Shown in pieces: positions 18,249 to 24,000 of a stretch of DNA of 24,000 bases. The first letter of the stretch is position 1. Each line of letters begins with the position of its first letter. Under the pieces are notes generated by a model. The model saw only the letters and a program-made list of their open reading frames with translations. It was not told the origin of the DNA and searched no databases. The stretch is taken from the NCBI GenBank assembly GCA_018672315.1, contig CP076053.1, positions 893,827 to 917,826 of the forward strand, in the 5' to 3' direction. The DNA comes from Nocardioidaceae bacterium (GTDB lineage: Bacteria; Actinomycetota; Actinomycetes; Propionibacteriales; Nocardioidaceae). Both the position numbers and the translations under genes were made by a program.

Positions 18249-19583
18249 ATGGTCGATGTCGCTGAGCCACGCAGGGGCCTCCGGGCGGATCCGGCTGACG
18301 GTCCGCGTCCGACCTCTCGGTCGGGATTCTTCGCCGAGGCTCGGCAACGGCCCCCCGAGGAGATCGTCGAGGTGCTCGTCGACCACGTCGCGCGCGAGGG
18401 CGCTCTCGTCGCCGAGGTGTGGCTCGTCGACGTGCAGCAGGAGTCGTTGCAACCGTTCCCCGCCCGGTCCGGCGGGTCCACCTCCGCGCCGATGTCGCTC
18501 GAGGGCACCCTCGCAGGGCGGTGCTACCAGGACGGCACGGTCGTCGTCAGCGGCGTCGAGGACCCTGCTGAAGACGCCTCGGGGGACTGCAGGTCCACCG
18601 AGAGCTGGTTCCCGCTCCGCCGGGGCGCCGAGCGCCTCGGCGTCGCCCGGGTCCGGTCGGCCGAGCCGCTGCGCGCCGAGACGCTGGACCGGCTCGACGA
18701 CCTCTTCGACGCCTTCGTGCACGTCGTCACCTCGACCGCGGTCGTCTCGGACGCCCTGGTGCGCGCCCGGCGCACCGAGCCCATGGGTCTCGCGGCGGAG
18801 ATCCAGTGGTCGATGATGCCGCCGCTGAGCTGGGAGGACCGCCGCGTGACCGTCTCGGCCGTGCTCGAGCCGGCGTACGACGTCGCCGGCGACTCGGTCG
18901 ACTACAACGTCGACGGGCGGCAGGTCAGCCTGGGCATCTTCGACGGCATGGGCCACGGACTCGGGAGCGCTCGGATGTCCTCGCTCACCGTCAACGCCTA
19001 CCGCAACCGCCGCCGCGCGGGCCTGGTCCTGCCCGAGCTCGCGACGGCGCTGGAACAGGTGCTGCGGGAGACGTTGCTGGTCCAGGAGGGCTTCACCACC
19101 GCCGTGCTCGCCGAGCTCGACCTCGACGACGGCACGGTCCGCTGGGTCAACGCCGGCCACCTCGATCCGCTGCTGTTCCGTGACACCCGCTACGCGGGAC
19201 CGCTGCTGGCCCGGGAGCGGCAGCGGCCCCTGGCCCTGGCGATGACGGCCGAGGAGGTTGACGGGCAGGAGCCCCGCGAGCTCGAGATGGGCCACGCGAT
19301 GCTGCAGCCCGGCGACGCCGTGCTCCTCTTCACCGACGGCGTCACCGAGGCCCGCGACGCCGAGGGCGAGCAGTACGGGGTCGAACGTCTCTGCGACCGC
19401 GTCTCAGCGCACCTGTCCAGCGGTCTCGCGGCCCAGGAGATCATGAGGCGCATCTCGCGGTCGGTGCTCGAGCACTGCGGCGGGCGCCTCGACGACGACG
19501 CGACGCTGCTGCTCGTACAGTGGCACGGCCCTGACTCCGGTGAACCCGAGGTCGGAGAACCCGTCGTGGGAGGAGAGGCGTGA
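18249..19583 (+). CDS. PP2C-family (SpoIIE-type) protein serine/threonine phosphatase with an N-terminal GAF-like sensor region
   Basis: The C-terminal half has the SpoIIE/PP2C metal-binding blocks DVAGDSVDY, FDGMGHGLGSA, FTDGVTEARD and DDDATLLLV. The start is set at the ATG at 18249. The in-frame stretch 18102-18248 has many A/T-ending codons (gga, gaa, cat, ggt, gat, aca...), unlike the gene body, so it looks non-coding. The start remains uncertain, and 18102 is possible. Confidence 0.82.
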   Translation: MVDVAEPRRGLRADPADGPRPTSRSGFFAEARQRPPEEIVEVLVDHVAREGALVAEVWLVDVQQESLQPFPARSGGSTSAPMSLEGTLAGRCYQDGTVVVSGVEDPAEDASGDCRSTESWFPLRRGAERLGVARVRSAEPLRAETLDRLDDLFDAFVHVVTSTAVVSDALVRARRTEPMGLAAEIQWSMMPPLSWEDRRVTVSAVLEPAYDVAGDSVDYNVDGRQVSLGIFDGMGHGLGSARMSSLTVNAYRNRRRAGLVLPELATALEQVLRETLLVQEGFTTAVLAELDLDDGTVRWVNAGHLDPLLFRDTRYAGPLLARERQRPLALAMTAEEVDGQEPRELEMGHAMLQPGDAVLLFTDGVTEARDAEGEQYGVERLCDRVSAHLSSGLAAQEIMRRISRSVLEHCGGRLDDDATLLLVQWHGPDSGEPEVGEPVVGGEA

Positions 19584-19891
19584 ACCCGCTCGAGATCGAC
19601 CTGCCCGGTGGCGACCGTGAGCTGGTGCTGCGACGTCGCTACGAGACCGCCAGCATCCTCAACGACCTCCTCATCGCGGTGTGGTTCATCGTCGGCAGCG
19701 TGCTCTTCTTCGACGAGGCGACGGCCACGGCGGGCACCTGGCTCTTCCTCATCGGGTCGGTCCAGCTCGCCGTGCGCCCCTCGATCCGCCTGGCCCGGCG
19801 TACGCATCTGGTGCGGCACCGCCGGGCCCACGGCAGCCCACGCCGGTCCTCCATCGAGGACGACGGACACGAGGACGACGGCGACTACTGA
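19580..19891 (+). CDS. YrhK-like two-TM membrane protein
   Basis: The GTG at 19580 overlaps the phosphatase stop (GTGA), with GGGAGGAGAGG just upstream. The segment NDLLIAVWFIVGSVLFF...GTWLFLIGSVQLAVRPSIRLARR matches the YrhK-domain pattern. The C-terminal tail is basic, then acidic. Confidence 0.75.
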   Translation: MNPLEIDLPGGDRELVLRRRYETASILNDLLIAVWFIVGSVLFFDEATATAGTWLFLIGSVQLAVRPSIRLARRTHLVRHRRAHGSPRRSSIEDDGHEDDGDY

Positions 19892-19917
19892 CACCGCGGC
19901 GGGGGCACGAGGTGCCC

Positions 19918-20742
19918 ATGCCGGAGCTGCCCGAGGTCGAAGCCGCCCGTTCGGTCGTCGAGCAGCACGCGCTGCAGCGCGAGATCAGCGACGTCGACGA
20001 CCACGACACCTACGAGTGCCGCCCCCACGACCCGGGCGAGATCAAGGACGCCCTGGTCGGGCTGCACGTGGTGGCGGCGAACCGGGTCGGCAAGCAGATC
20101 TTCCTCGCCACGGCCGAGCCCGACGGCACGCCGGGCGCGACGCTCGGCATCCACCTGGGGATGAGCGGCCGCATCCTCGTCAGCGGCCCTGACGGGTCCG
20201 ACGGTGTCGAGGGGGGCGACTACCTCGGCTCCGACGGCCAGGCCCACCGGGCGCGCAAGGAGGAGTGGTACCGCTTCTCGCTCGACTTCGTCGACGGCGG
20301 CCGGTTGCGGCTCTTCGACAAGCGCCGACTCGGTCGCGTGGTGCTCGATCCCGACCTCGAGGCGCTCGGTCCCGACGCCGAGCGCGTCGGACGGGACGAC
20401 TTCCGCGCTCTGCTGGCAGCCAGCTCGACCGCGGTGAAGACCCGGCTGATGGACCAGGGCGCCCTCGCCGGGATCGGCAACCTGCTCGCCGACGAGATCC
20501 TGTGGCAGTGCGCGCTCGACCCCCACCGTCCGGCCGAGGACCTCACCGAGGACGAGGCCGACGCCGTCCGCCGAGCGATGCGCAAGGCCATCCGGGACGC
20601 CCATGCCGCCGGCGGCGTGCACCACGGCGAGATCATCCCCCACCGCCAGGCCGGGGCGGCGTGCCCACGGTGCGGAGCGGAGATGGTGAAGGGCACCGTC
20701 GGCAGCCGGACGACCTGGTGGTGCTCGGCGGAGCAGGCCTGA
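19918..20742 (+). CDS. Fpg/Nei family DNA glycosylase / AP lyase
   Basis: The ATG at 19918 lies 5 nt after ACGAGG. The product has the N-terminal catalytic MPELPEVE and the H2TH motif LMDQGALAGIGNLLADEILW. The C-terminal zinc-finger region is CPRCGAEMVKGTVGSRTTWWCSAEQA. Confidence 0.88.
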   Translation: MPELPEVEAARSVVEQHALQREISDVDDHDTYECRPHDPGEIKDALVGLHVVAANRVGKQIFLATAEPDGTPGATLGIHLGMSGRILVSGPDGSDGVEGGDYLGSDGQAHRARKEEWYRFSLDFVDGGRLRLFDKRRLGRVVLDPDLEALGPDAERVGRDDFRALLAASSTAVKTRLMDQGALAGIGNLLADEILWQCALDPHRPAEDLTEDEADAVRRAMRKAIRDAHAAGGVHHGEIIPHRQAGAACPRCGAEMVKGTVGSRTTWWCSAEQA

Positions 20743-20775
20743 GGTCGCCGACTCCTGGGGTCCAGCGTGCTGTGT

Positions 20776-22158
20776 TCAGCGGGCGAACCCGGACTCCGCG
20801 GCCTCGTGGTCGTCGTCCTCCGCGAGCACCGTCATGTCGCCGGTGAAGCCGTCGCGGACCACGCGCCAGGTGTCACCGCGTCGCCACACCATGCGTCCGA
20901 TCGCCATCGCGAGGTAGACCACCGACAGCGCGATGATGACCGTGCGGTTCCAGTCGGGCAACGCGATGCTGACGGTGAACTGCGTCAGGAAGAGCGCCAG
21001 CAGCACTCCGGCTCCCCGCCATCCCAGCCGGCGCTCGATGAGCAGCGAGACCGCGAACAACGACTGCGAGGCGGTGATGAGCAGCTCGAACCGCTGCTCG
21101 GTGTCCAGCGGGAGGCCGTCGAACGTGCCGGCCGACAGCGCGAAGACAAGCGGCAGCCCACCCACCAGCAGGGTCCACTGGTTCACCTTGCTGGACAGCA
21201 GCGCGCCGAGGGAGTTCGAGGCCTTCAGGCGCGCGGCGTACAGGCAGGCGACGATGAGCTCGGGCGACTCGCTGGCCAGGGGCGCGACCCACTGCACGAG
21301 CACGAACTGGTTGATCCCGAGGTCCGTGCCGGTCTCCACCAGCGACTCGGCGAAGTGCTCGGCGCTGCACAGGATCACGAGCGCCGCGAATGCGAACATG
21401 CCGGCCACCGTGAGGCGGCGTCGGCGGCGCTGCTGGCTCCCGAGGTAGAGCGAGGTGCCCATCAGGTCCGGCTCCTCGGCGGGGATACGGGTCAGGCGCC
21501 ACGCGTACGCCACGAAGATGCCGACGAAGACACAGAAGTCGAGGAGCGTCACCGACTCCTTCAGCGGCAGGGTCAGGGAGTAGACCGTCGCCAGGCCGAG
21601 GAACGCGACCTCGGCCGACATGGTGCGCGGCAGTCGGACCTCACCGGACCGCGTCGAGGCGGACTGGCTGTGCGATGCGTCCGCCCCACCTCGGCGCGCA
21701 CGCGCGACGGCGATCGCCGCGACCAGCACCACCAGCGGCCAGCCGACACCGACGAGCACCCGGTTGGCGCCGGTCATGTTGGCGAGCGCGAGGCCGCACA
21801 CGTTCGGCACCCCGCTGCCGCCGCCACCACCGTCGCCCACCGTGCCACCGCACTTGACCGTGAACACGAAGTCGACGGCGTACTCCGGCAGCACGGCCAG
21901 CAGTGCCAGCAGCGCGAGCGCCAGCCCGGCGTTGATGTCGACCTGGATGGCCTCCGCGGCCCAGGAGAGCAGGAACGCGGCGCCGACGATCGCGACGCCG
22001 TACACCACCGCCAGCATCGGCGCCGGGAGGTCGGGGGCGGGGAGGCCGAGATAGGCGGCCAGGCCGAGGTAGGAGCCCGGCAGCGCCACGAGGGCCGCGA
22101 CCGGCAGCTGCAGGGGGAAGCGCGTCCGCGGCTCGGCGGTGGGGGCGACGGACGTCAT
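20776..22158 (-). CDS. CaCA-superfamily cation/proton (sodium/calcium exchanger-type) membrane protein
   Basis: 460 aa and polytopic. It has two alpha-repeat-like regions (GAAFLLSWAAEAIQVD...LPEYAVD and CSAEHFAESLVETG...APLASESPELIVA) typical of Na+/Ca2+ or Ca2+/H+ exchanger family proteins. Confidence 0.82.
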   Translation of the reverse strand: MTSVAPTAEPRTRFPLQLPVAALVALPGSYLGLAAYLGLPAPDLPAPMLAVVYGVAIVGAAFLLSWAAEAIQVDINAGLALALLALLAVLPEYAVDFVFTVKCGGTVGDGGGGGSGVPNVCGLALANMTGANRVLVGVGWPLVVLVAAIAVARARRGGADASHSQSASTRSGEVRLPRTMSAEVAFLGLATVYSLTLPLKESVTLLDFCVFVGIFVAYAWRLTRIPAEEPDLMGTSLYLGSQQRRRRRLTVAGMFAFAALVILCSAEHFAESLVETGTDLGINQFVLVQWVAPLASESPELIVACLYAARLKASNSLGALLSSKVNQWTLLVGGLPLVFALSAGTFDGLPLDTEQRFELLITASQSLFAVSLLIERRLGWRGAGVLLALFLTQFTVSIALPDWNRTVIIALSVVYLAMAIGRMVWRRGDTWRVVRDGFTGDMTVLAEDDDHEAAESGFAR

Positions 22159-22225
22159 GGACGGATGTTGCCCCTGGCAACCTCATTGCATGCCGCGACC
22201 TGGTTGCGCACGACCGGGCCCGGGG

Positions 22226-23029
22226 TCAGCTGCGGGTGATGAGCTTGTTGGCCAGCCGCGAGGCCCACCCCGGTGAGACCGACGAGACCCCTGCCAGCAC
22301 CTTCGTCTGGGGTCCCACCGGGTGGTGCACGGCACGGGTCGCACGACGCAGCCGGCTCGGGCGGACGGCCGCCAGCACCCCCGCCGCGACGTCGTCGGGC
22401 CCGAGTCGGATCCCCAGCCGGTCGATCGCGCCGCTCGCCGCCCCGTCGGTCATCGCCGTCGCCACGAAGAGCGGCCACACGTCGACCACCCGGATGTCGT
22501 GAGGACCCCACTCGAGGTCGAGCGCCTCGGTGAGGCCGCGGACGAAGAACTTGGTGGCCGAGTAGCAGGCGAGCTCCGGCTGACCGTAGATCGCGGACGC
22601 CGAGGCCATGTTGACCATCGTCGCGGTGCCGTGCTCCGCCGCCGTCCGGCGCAGGTGCTCGAAGCCTGCGTGCGCACCGTTCAGCACCCCCTTGCAGTTG
22701 ACGTCGACCTGCCGGTGCAGGTCCGCGGGGTCTGCGTCGGCGAACCGCCCGAAGGTGGCGACGCCTGCGTTGTTCACCAGGACGTCGAGGCGGCCGCGCT
22801 CCGCGACCACCTGCCCGAGCGCGGCGGAGAAGGCGTCCGCGTCACGCACGTCGAGGACGCCGGTGGTGCAGGCCGCCCCGAGATCGGACAGCTCGTCGCC
22901 GAGAGTGGAGAGACCGGACTCGTCGAGGTCGTACGCGCCGACGTCGTACCCCTCGCGGGCGAAGCGTAGGGCGGTGGCACGGCCGATGCCGGCGGCGGCA
23001 CCGGTGACGACGACGAGGGGTCTGCTCAT
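22226..23029 (-). CDS. SDR family oxidoreductase
   Basis: 267 aa with the cofactor motif VVTGAAAGIGRA, NNAG, and the catalytic S...YSATK. Confidence 0.9.
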   Translation of the reverse strand: MSRPLVVVTGAAAGIGRATALRFAREGYDVGAYDLDESGLSTLGDELSDLGAACTTGVLDVRDADAFSAALGQVVAERGRLDVLVNNAGVATFGRFADADPADLHRQVDVNCKGVLNGAHAGFEHLRRTAAEHGTATMVNMASASAIYGQPELACYSATKFFVRGLTEALDLEWGPHDIRVVDVWPLFVATAMTDGAASGAIDRLGIRLGPDDVAAGVLAAVRPSRLRRATRAVHHPVGPQTKVLAGVSSVSPGWASRLANKLITRS

Positions 23030-23086
23030 GCCCTTGGTCTACCAGTCCGGCACGGGCCCCGTCCGGATCCGCTCCGGACGCACCAC

Positions 23087-23117
23087 GAGGGCGCCACCCG
23101 TGCAGGGTGACGCCCTC
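23087..23117 (-). terminator. probable bldC terminator stem-loop
   Basis: 13-bp inverted repeat with one mismatch, gagggcgccaccc (23087-23099) / gggtgacgccctc (23105-23117), loop gtgca, starting 49 nt after the bldC stop. A second 7-bp hairpin gtccgga-tccgc-tccggac lies at 23061-23079. No clear U-tract. Confidence 0.45.
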
Positions 23118-23165
23118 GAGAGGTCGAAAGCGCGAGAGAGTCCGCTCACCGAGCGGGCAGCGGGA

Positions 23166-23366
23166 TCAGCCCGCGACGCCGCCCATGCCCTCGAGCAGCT
23201 TGCGTACCTCGGACTCGCGGTAGCGGCGGTGGCCACCGAGCGTGCGGATCGAGCTCAACTTGCCGGCCTTGGCCCACCGGGTGACGGTCTTGGGGTCGAC
23301 GCGGAACATCGCAGCAACCTCAGCGGGGGTCAGGAGCGCTTCGGTCTCACTGGGGCGCGAGTTCAT
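23166..23366 (-). CDS. bldC: BldC family small MerR-like (excisionase-type HTH) transcriptional regulator
   Basis: 66 aa. The core LLTPAEVAAMFRVDPKTVTRWAKAGKLSSIRTLGGHRRYRESEVRKLL is nearly identical to Streptomyces BldC and the mycobacterial homologue as I remember them. The RBS AGGAGAA lies upstream. Confidence 0.9.
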   Translation of the reverse strand: MNSRPSETEALLTPAEVAAMFRVDPKTVTRWAKAGKLSSIRTLGGHRRYRESEVRKLLEGMGGVAG

Positions 23367-23702
23367 GGGATTCTCCTAGCGGTGAGCAGTACATCTCGGT
23401 CATTGGGCGGATACCTCTCGGCGTGCACGAGTCTGGCACCTCGACGGGGACGACGTTCACCGATTACGTCAAGACGCTCGGGGCGCACACGGTGAAATCT
23501 AGCAATCTCACCCGACGTATCGCCATGAATCGGACAGTTCCGACTTGATCACGATCACCCGGAGCGCCCCGGATGCGACGGGGACGAACCGGACGACTGG
23601 TCCAGAACGACGCGGTACGACCGTCTCACTGCTCACGAGACACGTCGACGCCGGGGACCTCGGCAAAGAATCACCGCGGTGCCCGGCGTCGTGCGCGCGC
23701 GT

Positions 23703-23900
23703 TCAGTCGCGCTCGGCGTAGTCCGACCACGGATCGGCATCGCCGTCCGGGTCAGCGCCGGTGTCTTCCTGCTCCTCGACCTGCTCGCCAGACTCACCGC
23801 GCAGCTCTCGCGCCAGTGCACCGAAGTCGGTGTCGTGGGTCTGGTACTTCAGGTTGCGAGCGACCTTCGTCTGCTTAGCCTTCGCTCGGCCGCGCCCCAT
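23703..23900 (-). CDS. DUF3073 domain-containing small protein
   Basis: 65 aa starting MGRGRAKAKQTKVARNLKYQTHDTDFGALAREL, followed by an acidic tail. This is the hallmark N-terminus of the actinobacteria-wide DUF3073 family. The RBS GAGGGGG lies upstream. Confidence 0.88.
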   Translation of the reverse strand: MGRGRAKAKQTKVARNLKYQTHDTDFGALARELRGESGEQVEEQEDTGADPDGDADPWSDYAERD

Positions 23901-24000
23901 AGGGTCGACCCCCTCGATCGTGTGCCTTCGTCCGTGGCCTGGACTCTACCTGCCGTGCCCTGGTTTCCGTATCCGGGCACACGGCGTCACGCGTCACAGA

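Noticed and set aside
23030-23165. Search for a tiny Lys/Arg-rich ribosomal protein gene (bS22-type) next to bldC, as found beside the mycobacterial bldC homologue
   Set aside because: Translating this 136-bp gap on the bldC strand gives no basic peptide. The region is instead filled with hairpins consistent with a terminator. The track ORF 23039..23236 (-) overlaps bldC out of frame and looks spurious.
23573-23878. Track ORFs 23573..23878 (+) and 23633..23821 (-) around the DUF3073 gene
   Set aside because: They are Arg/Pro-rich translations that overlap the well-conserved DUF3073 gene, one on the opposite strand and one in another frame, and extend into its downstream non-coding region. 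They have no RBS.

Overview
This is a very GC-rich, actinobacterial-type chromosomal segment with G/C at almost every third codon position. Mycothione reductase, BldC, DUF3073, DUF4333 and a Glu-Asp-Phe tRNA cluster all point to Actinomycetota. A Nocardioides-like host is only a guess. I call 23 protein-coding genes, 3 tRNAs, 4 stem-loop terminators and 2 short in-frame tandem repeats. The supplied ORF starts were re-trimmed using RBS positions, family-typical N-termini and stop/start overlaps.

Most of the content is core or housekeeping:
- Central metabolism and redox: monomeric isocitrate dehydrogenase divergent from malate dehydrogenase, and type II NADH dehydrogenase divergent from mycothione reductase.
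- Ion handling: a CrcB/FluC fluoride-channel pair and a CaCA-type cation exchanger.
- Other enzymes and regulators: an Fpg/Nei glycosylase, an SDR oxidoreductase, a secreted M14 carboxypeptidase, bldC and DUF3073.

I saw no transposase, integrase, CRISPR array, toxin-antitoxin pair or recognisable defence gene. The window looks like an ordinary core region, not an accessory island, and I cannot honestly point to a clear new system.

The items most worth a second look are:
1. A tightly coupled DUF4397 / class F sortase / MFS cluster. The DUF4397 protein has a sorting-signal-like C-terminus but no LPXTG or LAXTG motif.
2. An RsbW-like HATPase fused to an uncharacterised helical domain of about 190 aa. 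Its gene runs straight into the two crcB genes, with no fluoride riboswitch visible.
3. A sensor PP2C/SpoIIE phosphatase translationally coupled to a YrhK-like membrane protein.
4. The Tat-exported DUF1800/DUF1501 pair of unknown function.

All family assignments come from reading the translations by eye. No database search was run.
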